This document shows positions 1-12,792 of a stretch of 64,000 bases of DNA, in pieces (the stretch's first letter is position 1; the number at the start of each line of letters is the position of its first letter). Position numbers and translations under genes: made by a program. Below the pieces are notes generated by a model. It had not been told where the DNA came from. It did no database searches and was given only the letters and a program-made list of their open reading frames with translations. This DNA comes from Chiloscyllium plagiosum (Eukaryota): positions 71,000,070 to 71,064,069 of the forward strand of contig NC_057711.1 in NCBI RefSeq assembly GCF_004010195.1, read 5' to 3'.

Positions 1-705
1 GAGGCCCTGGTCATGGTGGATGGAGGTGTAGAGGGATTGGATATCTATGGTGAAGATGAGGCGTTGGGGGCCGGGGAAACGGGAGTCTTGGAGGAGGTGG
101 AGGGCGTGGGTGGTGTCTCGAACGTATGTGGGGAGTTCCTGGACTAAGGGTAGGTAGGTAGAGATGAGTTCAGTGGGGCAGGAACATGCTGAGACAATGG
201 GTCGGCCAGGGTGGTCAGGCTTGTGGATCTTGGGAAGGAGGTAGAACCGGGCAGTGCAGGGTTCCCGGACTTTGAGGTTGGAAGCTGTGGATGGGAGATC
301 TCCTGAGGTGATGAGGTTCTGTATGGTCTGGGAGATGATGGTTTGGTGATGGGGGGTGGGGTCATGGTCAATGGGGCAGTATGAAGAGGTGTCCTAGAGT
401 TGGTGTTTGGCTTCAGCGATGTAGAGGTCAGTGTGCCAGACTACCACTGTGCCCCCTTTATACGCTGGCTTGATGGTGAGGTTGGGATTGGAGCAGAGGG
501 ATTGGAGGGCTGCGCATTGTGAGGGTGAGAGGTTGGAGTGGGGTCGACAGGTTGAGGCGGTTAATGTCCCGGCGGCAGTTGGAAATGAAGAGGTCGAGGG
601 CAGGTATTAGGCCAGCGCGGGGTGTCCAGGTGGATGCAGTGCGTTGGAAGTGGGCGAAGGGGTCCTCGGAAGGTGGGCGGGAGTCCTGATTGTGAAAGTA
701 AGTAA
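1..705 (-). mobile_element. Penelope-like element (PLE) reverse transcriptase fragment, runs off window start
   Basis: Reverse complement of 1-70 translates PQRLIFTIDIQSLYTSIHHDQGL, the PLE RT motif (D..SLYT.I.H..G). The C-rich coding strand matches other PLE copies here. Confidence 0.85.
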
Positions 706-890
706 GTCTACTGTTGTGATGCAAAAATATACTTCATGACTCTAGCAGCAAGTGAACATGAAATGGTGCAAATCTGTAAAGTAATGTTTGAAATCCACAC
801 AAGCAACCTCTTTTCTGCCAAACTGCTGGACACAGTTAGGAAAGGGATTAGTAAAAATACTAGCCATCAAAATGCAATATAGGCTGAAGT

Positions 891-1200
891 GGGTAGCACA
901 GTGGCTCAGCGGTTAACACCGTTGCTTCACAGTGCCAGGGACCTGGGTTCAATCCCATCAATAGGATAACTGTGTTGAGTTTTAACATTCTCCTGTGTTT
1001 GTGTGGGTTTCCCACAGTCCAAAGATGTGTGGTTTAGGTAGATTGTCCAACTATTATCCAGGGATATGCAGGCTAAGTGGTTTAGCCATGGGAAATGCAG
1101 AGATATAGGGTAGGGGACTGGGTCTGTGTGGGAAGCTCTTTGGATGGGTCAGTATGGACTTGGTGGGCTGAGTGCCCTGCTTCCACACTGTATGGATTCT
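891..1200 (+). mobile_element. HE1-type tRNA-derived SINE
   Basis: A-box-like gtggctcagcggtta, B-box gggttcaatccc, central ccacagtccaaagatgtg and a CR1-like tail. Same family at 4909, 11940, 20870, 21078 and 41037. Confidence 0.85.
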
Positions 1201-1274
1201 AGTATTAATGAGAGCTAACAATACTTTAAGAAACTCCACAAGAAGCAAACAGATGGCTGGTCCTACTGTAGGGC

Positions 1275-2131
1275 ACAGGATCTTGATCAGATCGACCAGT
1301 GGGCTGAAGAGTGGAAGATGGAGGTTAACTTTAATGAATGTGAGTTGCTGCATTTAGAAAGGCAAATCAGGGCAGGATGTATACTTAATGGTAAGATCCT
1401 GGGGAGTGTTGCTGAACAAAGAGACCTTGAAGTGCAGGTTCATAGTTCCTTGAAAATGGAGTCGCAGGTAGATAGGGTATGGAAGAAAGCATTTGGTATG
1501 CTTGTCATTATTGGTCAGTGTATGGATCTATAGGAGTTGGAAGGTCAAGTTGTGGCTGTACAGGACATTAGTTCAGCCACTTTTGGAGTATTGCGTGGCA
1601 ATTCTGGTCTCCTTCCTATAGGAAGGATGTTGTGAAACTAGAAAGGGTTCAGGAAAGATTTATAAGGATGTTGCCAGGATTGGGGGTTTTGGGCGATAGG
1701 GAGAGGCTGAATAAACTGGGGCTATTTTCCCTGGGGCGTCAGAGGCTGAGCGGTGATGTTGTAGAGGTTTATAAAATCATGAGGGGCATGGATAGGGTAA
1801 ATCGACAAGGTCTTTATCCTGGGGTGGGGGAGTCCAGAACTAGAGGGCATAGGTTTAGGGTAAGAGGGGAAAGATATAAAAGGGACTTAAGGGGCAACGT
1901 TTTCATGCAGAGTGTGGTACTTGAATGGAATGAGCTGCCAGAGGCCGTGGTACAGTTACAGCATTTAAAAGGCATCTAGATGGGTATATGAATAGGAAGG
2001 GTTTAGAGCGATATAGGCCAAGTGCTGGCAAATGGGACTAGATTTATTTAGGATGCCTGGTTGGCATGAATGAGTTGGACCAAATGATCTGTTTCTGTGC
2101 TGTATATCTCTATGACTCTATGACACTATGA
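1275..2131 (+). mobile_element. CR1/HER1-type LINE, 5'-truncated (ORF2 C-terminus plus 3' UTR)
   Basis: ORFs 1318-1533 and 1632-1979 (KLERVQERFIRMLPGL, GLFSL, RTRGHRF) and a (ctatga)n tail at about 2110-2131. Confidence 0.92.
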
Positions 2132-3409
2132 TTCAACTTCTTTTTCAAAATGGAGCCTCTTGCTTAAGTGGGCTGATCCAACATTTCAACTCAAGGTTTC
2201 ATCGTTCAGGGTCTTTAATGCCTGAATACAGTAGCAGTTATTTGGATTTTGGGTTTGGGTTCATGGTGGATTATGGATGTGCTTTCTTAGTCATATGAAC
2301 AGAACTTGTATTAGAAACAAGGAATTATTTATCCAGAGTAGTTGAATACACAAAATTCTAGCTGTATTATCTATAAGAATGCAATTTATACAAGCCCTAT
2401 CAGTTACTGCTGATGAGACATGCTGTTGTCATGGAGATGTGCTTAATTCTAAACGCGGCGTTCTGATAAAATTGATTGTGAGAAGGAAGTAAATCACAAC
2501 ATTGTAAGAATCCTCACTACTCTTCAAATCTGCACAAAATTCCAGCTGTTAATCTATATAAAATTAGAACTGTAAAAATGATTTTACAGATGCATGTGAT
2601 ATGTTTGAATGATTTCGGTATAAAAGCATTCAGCCATGAGCAATAATTGAATTAAGAGCAAGCGTAGCCTAATGGATATTTTTATTAGAAAGAAACATCT
2701 TTTTACAAAATGGAGAAATAAAATGTGATTCTGAAAATTACACATTGGGAAGTAAGATTCTTTCCTGTTGATTTTCAGCAATTAGATGTAGATATGAACA
2801 AAATACATTATAATTATAGACAGCAGAATAATGAACCATTTATTCATATTTACCATTATTGTTAGGTGTTTAATCACACAGAAGAGTTAAAGGAAACCAA
2901 CAAGAAGTTATTACAACTTCATTTATCTATAAAGACCTTGTCAAAGGGAATTGATATGAAACCAAAAAGCTAAAATGACAAACCGGTATGTACATTTAAC
3001 TGGAAATTTGACCAATGGGTGATGACCTTAATGCAGGGGTGTATTTTAAATTATTACTGCAGCTGAGAAGGAGACATCTTGCTCAATTAGTGGATGCATC
3101 TAATTAAAGAAGTGAGGATGACAAAGGGGATCGAACATGTGAGAATAATTTCTTTCTGGACTGCATTCTCTGTTGAAGCCGAAGTTGTCTATAACTGTAC
3201 CTTGAAGACAGAATACAGACATCTTGATAGTAGTAATGGCAGAATTCATGACAGGTGCTTGTGCTTTGGTTGTAATGCACATCATTGCAGTTTACTACAA
3301 TGGTGCCATGAATATTGACAAGTTACAGAGAGTACAATAGTTCCTTCAATGTTTAAAGCTTTGGCTTCTCCCTTTTTTTAAAAGTACAAGTGAACAAAAA
3401 AAAACTACA

Positions 3410-3645
3410 ACCAGAAGTAGGCCATTTGATTCCTCAAGCCTGCTTTGCCAATTGACCAAACCATGGCTGATCTGATTGTGACCTTCACTCCACGCTCCTG
3501 TTTGTTCCTCATACACATGACTCCCTAGTCAGCCAAACAGCTGCCTAACAAAGCCTTGAATATATTCAATGACCCTGCCTACACTCTTTGTTTAACTATA
3601 TTCTGAGAGAAGAAATTCTTCTTCTTTACATTAAATGGGAGCCAC
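3410..3645 (-). mobile_element. Old CR1 3' fragment; continues at about 5250-5545 after nested insertions
   Basis: agtaggccatt...gcctgct...catggctgatctg is the reverse complement of a CR1 3' UTR. Degenerate antisense ORF2 resumes at about 5250. Confidence 0.6.
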
Positions 3646-3651
3646 CATTTA

Positions 3652-4020
3652 AGTTAGCAAGTTTTGAGAAGATTTGTAGCCCGGTGGTGATGTCATTTCC
3701 TGTGTTGATGCCATTTCCTGTTTTTTTTCTCACAGGGTGGTAAATGGGGTCCAAGTCAATGTGTTTGTTGATAGAGTTCCGGTTCCAATGCCATGCTTCT
3801 AGGGATTCTCGTGCGTGTCTCTGTTTGGTTTGTCCTAGGAGGGATGCGTTATCCCAGTCGAAGTGGTGTCCTTCCTTATCTGTATGTAAGGATACTAGTG
3901 AGAGAGGGTGCCCCCAGTTCCACGTTCCTTCACAAGGACTGTGGTGGTTGGAGGTGGGTCATCTCAGCTCCAGCACATCTTTGTAGGAGTTCCTTAGGTT
4001 TGTGTCTTTGGTCCAAACAT
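3652..4020 (-). mobile_element. PLE fragment (GIY-YIG C-terminus plus terminal repeat), family B
   Basis: Minus strand translates SLVSLHTDKEGHHFDWDNASLLGQTKQRHARESLEAWHWNRNSINKHIDLDPIY, homologous to 26340-26460. The end gctacaaatcttctcaaaact is shared with 10550 and 26650. Confidence 0.85.
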
Positions 4021-4908
4021 CTTTAGCTGCTTCACCAATGACTTTTCCTCCATCATAAGGTGAGAAATGAGGATTTTTGTTGAGAATTACACAATATTTA
4101 ACACCATTCATAACTCCTCAGACACTAAAACAGTTCATACCCAAATACAACAAGATCTGGACAATATCCAGACTTGAGCTGACAAATGGTAAACAATATT
4201 CTAGCCACATAAAATGCTAGGCAATCATCATTTTCAACAAAAGAGAATCTAACAATTGGTCCCTGACATTCAATTGTATTGCCATCATGTCAATATCCTG
4301 AGCATTACCATTAAACAAAAACTGAACTGGACTACTCATATAAATGTGGCTACAAGAGCAGGTCGGAGCTAGGAATCTTGCAGCAAATAACTCACCTAAC
4401 GTCCAAAAGCCTGGCCTCCATCTATATGGTACAAATCAGGAGTGTGGTGGAATACTCCCCACTTGCCTAGATAAGTGCAACTCTAACAATACTCAAGATT
4501 CTTGACATCAACCAGGATAGAGCAGTCTGCTTGATTGCTGCCACATCAACATACATTCAGACTCACCTCTCTGATGCTCAGTAGCAGCGGTGTGCCCTAT
4601 TTTCAAGATTCACTGCATAAATTCACCTAGGCTCCTGAGACAGCATCCTCCAAAGCCATAACTGCTACCATCTAGGGGGACAAGGACAGCAGATACAAAG
4701 GAACATCACCACCTGCAAGATCTACTCCAAGCCATTCATCTTACAAACATGGTAATTCATTGTCATGGCTTTAATGTCGCTGATTCAAGATCCTGAAACT
4801 CCCCCCCCTCTGTAATGGAAATGTTAGTATCCCTGCACTAAATGGACTGCAGTTCAAGAAAACAACTTACCACCACCTTTTCAAGAGCAACTAAGAATGG
4901 GCAGTAAA
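4021..4908 (+). mobile_element. CR1/L2-group (Crack-like) LINE, degraded RT C-terminus and 3' end
   Basis: Degenerate FSCF.NDF.SII...QQDLDNIQ..ADKW. The 3' end ccaccaccttttcaagagcaact...gggcagtaaat is shared with 32546-33066 and 53330-53500. Confidence 0.7.
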
Positions 4909-5224
4909 TTAGATTAGATTCCCTACAGTATGGAAACAACCCTGCAGCCCAACAAGTCCACACTGACCCTCCAAAGAGTAACCCACCCAGACCCATTTCT
5001 CTCTGACTAATGCACCTAACACTATGGGCACTTTAGTATGGCCAATTCACTTAGCCTGCACATCTTTGGACTTGCGGAAGGAAACCAAAGCACCCGGAGG
5101 AAACCCACGCAGACACGGGGAGGATGCGCAAACTCCACACAGACAGTCGCCTGAGGCTGGAATCTAACCTGGGTCCCTGGTGCTGTGAGGCAGCAGTGCT
5201 AACCACTGAGCTACCACGCTGCCC
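4909..5224 (-). mobile_element. HE1-type SINE
   Basis: Tail ttagattagattccctacag; reverse complement of the head reads gggcagcgtggtagctcagtggttagcactgctgcctcacagc. Confidence 0.92.
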
Positions 5225-6799
5225 AGCTAGTGAGTGAATAAAAACAAAAGGTCTTCTCAGCATCCACCATGTCACATCCTCTTAAAATCTTGCAGGTTTT
5301 AATAAGGTCATCTCTTATTCTTTTAAATTCCAACCTTCTCAATCATTCCTCATAAAACAACCCATTTCATCTCAGGGATTAATCTAGTGAATCTTCACCA
5401 AACTGCCTTCAAATATGAAGCTATGCCCTTTTGAAATGAAGTGACCAAAAGCTATACTCAAGGTGGTCTCACCAAAGCCATGTGCAGCTATAGAAAGACT
5501 TCCTCACTTTAAACTCCATCCCTTTTGTCGTAAGGCCCAACATACCATGAATGCTGCATTTTGTTTGCTGCCGCTTTGAATAAACCACGTTGGGTTTATC
5601 AGAAACATCCAACCTTCACTGTCTTCAGTGAACCAAGGAAAATCCTCAGGGCTGCAGCATTTCCAGCTGCCATCTCAAGACTTACTAAAAATAAATGATT
5701 TTATTGAACTCTTCAAGAAATCAAAGTGCATTGTTAGGATCAGGTCAGGAGGTGTCAATGCCTATATTAAATCATTTCTAATCTAAACCAAGTTTATGCA
5801 GTCTATCCTCATAAGTTAACCTTCAAGACTCTGTTATAATTCCACTAAATTTATGCAACACACCTTCTAAGACCAAGATGTCCTCCCTCAGGTGTAATGC
5901 TCCAGCTGAGCTCTAACCAGAGCCTACACAGTTCTTGCTCCTCTTTTCATTCCTTTCCTTGCTGTCTTGTATTTGTGATGTGCCTCAGCATCCTTGTTCA
6001 CACTAATAGCTCTACCTAACTGCACATTGCTGCAGCGACACAACGAAAATAGACAATGAAAGGAAAGGAATCCATGATTCATCTGAGATATATTCAAAGT
6101 GACTTCATGCAATTTAGTTGGTAGAAAAGGCAGATCAAATAGTGGAACCATAGCAGAGATGTTTAGGTAAATCACTGATAATGGTATAGAGTAAATTCAT
6201 TCAAACAGCCAACGCAGGGGAAAAACCTAATATAGGAGGGACAGTGCAATAAAAAATGTTATGGATAAATGAACTTGGAATTTCTCTTGCCCCACCATTT
6301 CAACTTTGTGGATATTTTTTCCAATTGGCCCTGTTGTCAACCCAACCTGCTCCTGTCCCCCAATAAGAATCCACAACGGACATAACTTGTGTGTCAGTTT
6401 TGTTTTGGAATTTCAGTCTCTGAAGATTGAAGGGAATCTATATAAGATGGACAATAATAAATGGGCAATGTTTGCTAGTGGCAGTATCATGTCTCGAGGC
6501 TATGCAATGAGCAAAATTATCCTATTCCTCTGATGTGTAATATAGATGCAGCAACAGGCAATACCTGTTTATTCATAGTAACTTTTGGTACAAATTAAAA
6601 ATACCATTGAGCTGGATATTAGGTCACAGACAAGGAGAAAATGTAGACAGTGGACTTTTTGAGTTCAGGAAGTCCAGAATTGCAAGTTTTCTGCATGTCA
6701 TACAGCTATCCTTAACTTTTCATTGTATGTTTTCTCCTCATAGTCATCCTGTTGACAGGTCGATTTGCTGGTTAGGCTCGTACTAAGCCACAGCTGGAA

Positions 6800-7350
6800 C
6801 AACAGAAACAGAAGTTGCTATAGAAACTCAAGGGGTCCTCTTGTGACACAATGGTGGTGTCCCTTCTCCAGACCAAGAGGCCGAGGTCAAGTCCCATTTG
6901 TTCCAGAGGGGTGTAATAACATCTCTGAATGGGTTGATTAGAAAATAAGTTAGAGAAACTTAACAGATCGTGCAGTATCTGCAGGGAGAAAACAAAGCTA
7001 ATATTTTGAGTCCTATGACCCTTCTTCAGAACTAGAAGCAGCTAGAAAAATGTGGTATTTAAGCTGATGAGTGTGTGTATGTGTGTATGTGTGTGTGTGT
7101 GTATATGTGTGGCTGAGTGAGCCAATAGGTGGAGTGGGATCACAAAGACAAACAAAAAGGGTAGGCAGACAAAAGGATTATTGATATTAAACCAGGGAAT
7201 AAGAGAAGAGTGATAAGTGATAATATAGTTTATGAATCATTAAAATGAGTTGACTGTTCTGAAAGCAGCCCATTTCATGAGAGGACCTAAAGAGTGGGGT
7301 AGGTAACAGACAATGAAGGGGGTGTTCGTGCCGTAACATTGCTGAACTCC
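6800..7350 (-). mobile_element. PLE terminal-repeat region (family A), with (TG)n and a decayed hammerhead at about 7003-7032
   Basis: Inverted copy of the 8400-8530 terminus; reverse complement gttctgaagaagggtcataggactcaaaatatt. Confidence 0.65.
6831..6948 (+). mobile_element. Short tRNA-like SINE inserted in a PLE terminal repeat
   Basis: tRNA-like head (tgacacaatggt...ggtcaagtccc) and A-rich end. Flanked by a degenerate direct repeat tatagaaactca (6819-6830) / tagagaaactta (6951-6962). Confidence 0.6.
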
Positions 7351-8535
7351 ATCTCCCTTGGATCGGTTCCAATGAGGCCAACTTCCAAGGGAGCCTCTAA
7401 AATGTTCACCTTCTTCATCAACCGTGATTCCCCAGCACCATAGTTAACAGGACCTCAACCGAGTCCGACCCATCTCCCACACTTCCGCCCTTATCCTCTC
7501 TCTCCCCTTCCACAACAGCGATAGGGTCCCCCTTGTCTTTACCTATCATCCCACTAGCATCCACATCCAGAGGATCATTAGCCACCATTTTCACCACCTC
7601 CAGCGAGATGCCCCACAAGACACATATTCCCCTCCCTTCCTTTGTCTGCTTTCCACAGGGATTCTTCTCTCCAAGACACTCTGGTCCACTTTTCTTTCAC
7701 CCCCAACACAGCCCCACAGCCCTGTGGCACCTTGCTCTGCAACCACCAAAGGTGAAGCACCTTCCCATTTACTTCCTCCCTCCTCAGTATCCAGAGGCCC
7801 AAGCATACCTTCCAGGTGAAGCAGCGATTTCTCAGAATCTAGTCTACTGCATTCTCTGCTCACAATATGGTCTCCTCTACCTTGGGGAAATGAATGTAGA
7901 CTGGGTGATCACTTCGCAGAACACTTTCGTTCTGCAAGCAAAAAAAGACCCTGAACTACCAGTTGCCTGCCACTTCAATGTACCACCCTGTTCCTGGGTC
8001 AACATCTCTGTCTCAGGCTTGCTGCACTGCTCCAGTGAAGCTCAGTACAAGTTGAAAGAATAGCACCTCATTTCCCGCTTGGAGATCCTGCAACCTTCAG
8101 GACTCAATATCGGGTTCAATAACTTTAGGCTTGAGCTCTCTCATATCCTTATCCCAAGCCCCACACACCAGGCTTTGTTGCCTTGTTATCACATAGTCTG
8201 CTATTACATGCTACCTATTGTTAGCCACTAAGATTCTCCATAAACAGCTATTTACCCTCCTAGACAGATCATTATCTACTCCTTTACTTGTCCAGCTGCT
8301 CTTTTCTCTCGTTGGGCTCTATCCTGACCTATCATTTGCTCCTTACCCCCTGCCCCCAACCCTAACGTCTGCATGTAAACTGACATTTCCTAGCTACCAT
8401 CAGTTCTGAGGAAGTGTCACTTGACCCAAAATGTTAACACTGATTTTTTCCACAGAGGTTGCTAGACCTGCTGAGTTTTTCAGCAATTTCTGTTTTTGTT
8501 TCTGATTTACAGCATCCACAGGTCTTCCGGCTTTT
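7350..8535 (+). mobile_element. PLE 3' part: GIY-YIG endonuclease relic plus terminal repeat with decayed hammerhead (8406-8435)
   Basis: ORF 7533-8063 contains NLVYCILCSQYGLLYLGE and PELPVACHFN; ctgagga-a-gtgtc-actt-gaccc-aaaatgtt. Confidence 0.85.
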
Positions 8536-8539
8536 ATTG

Positions 8540-9155
8540 CTGAACCAGATTTTGATTCCTGAAGACTATAAGGTGCCCAAGCAGAAGATGAGGTGTTTTC
8601 CCTCCAGTTTGCATTGAGCTTTGTTAGAGCATTGCAACAGGCCTGGATCTGAAATGTTGCCATGAGAACACGGTGGTGCATTGAAATGGAAAGCACCTAG
8701 AAATTTGAGGTCATTTTTACAGACGGAATGTAGACATTCTGCAAAGCAGTCACCCAAAGCAGTGAATGCAGTAGATTAGATTGTGAGAAGTGCAGGTAAA
8801 TCACTGCTTCACCTGGAAGGTATGTTTGGGCCCTTGGATACTGAGGAAGGAGGAATGTAAGTGTTCTGCAAAGCAGCCATCTCCCCAGTGTAGAGGAGAC
8901 TACAGTATGAACTCTGAATACAGTGGAACAGCTTGAGTGCAGTACAGGTAAGTCATTGCTTCACCTGGAAGATATGTCTGAAGCCTTGGATGGCGAGGAG
9001 GGAGGAGGTAACTGGACAAGTATTCCACCTTCTGTGATTCTAGGGGAAAATGATGTGTGAGTGTGGGGAGATGTTGGGTGTGGAGAAGGAGTGGACCAGA
9101 GTGTTCTAAAGGGAAAAGTCCCTGCAGAATGCTATCAAGAAAGGACAGAGGACTA
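8540..9155 (-). mobile_element. PLE GIY-YIG fragments, inverted relative to 7350-8535, two tandem pieces
   Basis: ORF 8566-8757 (HFNAPPCSHGNIS...KLEGKHLIFCLGTL); tgcttcacctggaag repeated at about 8805 and 8957. Confidence 0.75.
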
Positions 9156-9156
9156 T

Positions 9157-10250
9157 GTAGCCATTTGGATACAGAACTGGCTCAAAGGTAGAAGACAGAG
9201 GTGGAGGGTTGTTTTTCAGAAAGGAGGCCTGTGACCAGTGGAGTGCCACAAGGATTGGTGCTGGGTCCACTGCTTTTCATCATTTATATAAATGATTTGG
9301 ATGTGAGCTTAAGAGGTATAATTAGTAAGTTTGCAGAGGGCACGAAAATTGCTGAAGGATTGGATAGCGAAGAAGTTTATCTGGGATTATAATGAGATCT
9401 TGATCAGATGGTCCAATGGGCTGAGGAGTGGCAGATGAAGGTTTAATTTAGATAAATGCGAGGTGTTGCATTTTGGAAAAGCAAATCTTAACAGGGCTTA
9501 TGCATGGTAAAGTCTGAGGGAGTGTTGCTGAACAAAGAGACCTTAGAGTGCAGGTTCATAGCTCCTTGAAAGTAGAGTCGCAGGTAGATAGGATAGTGAA
9601 GAAGGCATTTGGAATGCTTTCCTTTATTGATCAGAGTATTTAGTACAGGGGTTAGGAGGTCATGTTGCAGTTGTCCAGGACATTGGTCAGACCACTTTTG
9701 GAATATTGCATGCAATTTTGGTCTTGTTCCTATCAAAAGGATTTTGTGAAACTTGAAAAGGTTCAAAAAAGATTTACAAGGATGTTGCCAGGGTTGGAGG
9801 ATTTGAGCTATCTGGAAATGTTGAATGAACTGGGGCTGTTTTGCCTGGAGCGTCAGAGGTGAGGGGTGACTTTCTAGAGGCTTATAAAATCATGAAGGGC
9901 ATGGATAGGATAAATAGATAAAGTCTTTTCCCTGAGGTGGGGGAGTCCAGAACTAGAGGGCATAGGTTTATGGTGAGAGGGGGAAGATATAAAAGAGACC
10001 TAAAGGGCAATTTTTTCACACAGAGGGTGGTGAGTGTATGGAGTGAGCTGCCAGAGGAAGTGGTGGAGGCTGGTACAATTTGTAACATTTAAAAGGCATC
10101 TAGGTGGGTCTGTGAAAAGGAAGGGTTTGGAGGGATATGGGCTGGGTGCTGGCAGGTGGGACGAGATTGGGTTGGGATATCTCGTCGGCATGGATGAGTT
10201 GGACTGAAGGGTCTGTACATCTGCTGTACATCTCTACGATTCTATATGTC
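9157..10250 (+). mobile_element. CR1/HER1 LINE, 5'-truncated
   Basis: [24 protein letters not shown] (9201-9392), LVRPLLEYC, and a 3' tail ctctacgattcta. Confidence 0.92.
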
Positions 10251-10329
10251 TGATGTTGGCATCCCACTGGAGATGACAGAAACATTAGTATATGATCCTT
10301 TGAATGTGGGGCTGTTGGGCTGGAAAGAG

Positions 10330-11150
10330 AAGACAAGGTGCATATAGTGGTATACTTGCCTTAATAATAGAGGCATTAAGATTACAAGCAGGGAGGCTAT
10401 GCTGAAACTGCATAAAACTGGATGTAAGGTTGCTCATCCGGAGCTCATCTGGAGGCTCACTGATTACCTCACCTAGTATGGTGACGAAACATCTGAAAAT
10501 GAACCTTCCAGCTCAGCGAACAAACCTACATCCAGGACCTCAATCTGAGCTACAAATCTTCTCAAAACCCGCTAACTGCATAACCACAGCTGTTGTGTTG
10601 TGTGCGGTTCAGGAATCTACTTTATAGGATAAATACAATTGCATTGGAGAGAGTGCAGAGGAGATTTAAGGCAAATTGCCTGAGCTGGAGAGTTTCAGTT
10701 ATAAAGAGAAATTGGACAGACCTGTATTGTTTTTAATTAGAGCAGAGGAAATTGAGGGGGATGTGACTGATATACGTAAAATTATGAGGGGCATAGATAG
10801 GTTAGACAGGAAAAATCTTTTCTCTTTGGTGAAGGGATCAATGACCATGGGGTATAAGTTTAAAGTAAGAGGCAAAGGTTTAGAGAGGCTGTGAGAAAAA
10901 GACATTTGCACTCAGAGAGTTTTTGGAATTGGAACTTAATGATTGTAAAGGCGATAGAGGCAAAAAGGAAGCAAACACCTTGATAAGATTTAAAAAGTAT
11001 TTATAGGTGCATTTTCAATGCCAATACACATAAGGCTGTGGGACAGGTACGGGAAACTGGGATTAGAATAGTTAGGTGGTTGCTTTTTGACTGGCGTAGA
11101 TGATATGGGCCAAAGGACCTTTCTCTACTCTGTAGATCTCTATGACCCGA
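10330..11150 (+). mobile_element. Older CR1 3' fragment interrupted by a mini-PLE
   Basis: ORF 10676-10894 is CR1 ORF2 C-terminus-like; tail tctctatgac. Confidence 0.75.
10416..10573 (+). mobile_element. Mini-PLE (family B) with inverted 5' piece, decayed hammerhead and 10-bp TSD
   Basis: TSD aactgcataa at 10406-10415 and 10574-10583. ctggatgtaaggttgctc is an inverted copy of gaacaaacctacatccag. Core ctgatta...tcacc-tagtat-ggtga-c-gaaacatc. Confidence 0.8.
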
Positions 11151-11734
11151 AGGTGGAGTCTATCATTGTTGTGGGAGGGAAAGGATGGAGTGAGTTGCAG
11201 CTGAGCCGTGCTAAGGGTGGTTAGGTTCAGTGCGGTCTGGGACCAGGAAGGTGGGATTGGCAAAAGTCGTCACAGCGAACATGTCCAGCAGTGAGTCGGG
11301 TGTCAGATTCAGATGGTGGTTGTGATGAAGTGTTGATCCTGCTGGAGCATTATCTTGGTATTCACAATAAGGTTGTTGGACCTGGAGGAAAGCCTTCCCT
11401 TCCACCTTCCCATTCACTCATTCACAGGAGAGATGTGTTGCTGGCTAGGTCACATCTATTGATCATCTATAATTACCCTCGAGAAGGTGGTGATGAGCTG
11501 CCTTCTTGAATCACTGCAGGCCAACCGGTGCATGTGTAGTCACAATGCTAGGGAAAAAGTGTCAGGACTTTTACCTAATGACAGTGGAGCTGAAACGACA
11601 TCCAACAACCACAACCATCTTCCTTTGTGCTGAGTATGATCCCAACCATCGGAGAGTTTTCCCCGATTTCCATTGATTCCAATACATGAGAGATCCTTGA
11701 TGCCACACTGATCAAATGCAGAAAGGGTAACTCT

Positions 11735-12792
11735 TGCCCTTTCACCTTCTCCCTCCTCATTACCTCAGGCACAAGCATGCCTTCTAGGTGAGGCAGCATT
11801 TTACGTGTACATTTTTATGTCGGTGAGAGCAAATTGGGTGACCAATTTGCTGGTCACTTCCATTCTGTCTATAAGAATGACCCTAACTTTCCAGTTATTT
11901 GTCATTTCAATAAACCAGCTAGTTCCCATACTAAGATTTGGGGCGACATGATAGCTCACAGTGCCAGGGACCTTGCTGGATTTGATTCCAGCCTCGGGCA
12001 ACCGTCTGTGTGAAGTTTGGACATTCTCCTCGTGACTATGTGGGTTTCCACTGGGTGCTCCAGTTTTCTCCCACAATTCACAGATGTGCTGGTTAGGTGA
12101 ATTAGCTAAATGGATGCTAAATTGCCCGTAGTGTCCAGGGATGAACAGGCTAGGTTGATTAGCCATGGGAAATGTGGGATTGTAGGGTTACGATAGAGAT
12201 GGGTCTGGATGGGATGCTCTTCAGAGGGTTGGTGTGGATTTGCTGGGCTGAGTGGCCTGCTTCTGTACTGCAGGGATTCTATGTTTCTTTATTGATCCTG
12301 GACGTGTGATCCACAATGTCCCAGCAAAGCTGGAAGAACAACGTTCAATTTTTCACTTAGATATTTCACAGTCTTTAGAACTCAAGATTGATTTTTGCCA
12401 ATGTCAGAGCAGGATCTGTGTCCTCTATTTTGATATTCACCACATCACCGCACGTCAGCTATGTTTTGTTTTACTTTGTTCAGATTAAAGCAGACTGACT
12501 TTCTCGTTTTCATACATATCCGTTGCATCTATTTTACATCACTTCCACTCCTTTCCCACCATTAACATCCCTTTGTCTTTTGCTCTGGGTACTCTTACTG
12601 TCTGTTCTACTTGTTCCTCCTCCCCCTCTGTCAATACCATAAAGACTATCATTTTCCAAGCCTTTTCAGTTCTGAAGAAGAATCGATGGGATTTGAAATG
12701 GAAACTCGACTTCTCTCTCCACTGATGCTGAGTTTCTTCAGTATTTTTTACATTTATTTCAGAATTCCAGCATCTGCAATATTTTGCTTTCA
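11735..12792 (+). mobile_element. Degraded PLE (family A) 3' part, interrupted by a SINE
   Basis: Similar to 7770-8530 (ggtgaggcagcattttac; terminus ctctctccactgatgctgagtttcttcag...ccagcatctgcaat). Confidence 0.65.
11940..12285 (+). mobile_element. HE1-type SINE
   Basis: cacagtgccagggacc, tgtgggtttccactgggtgctccagttt and a CR1-like tail. Confidence 0.8.

Noticed and set aside
2410..2435. ctgatga followed by a short gaca/tgtc stem
   Set aside because: No GAAA or helix III follows, so it is not a hammerhead.
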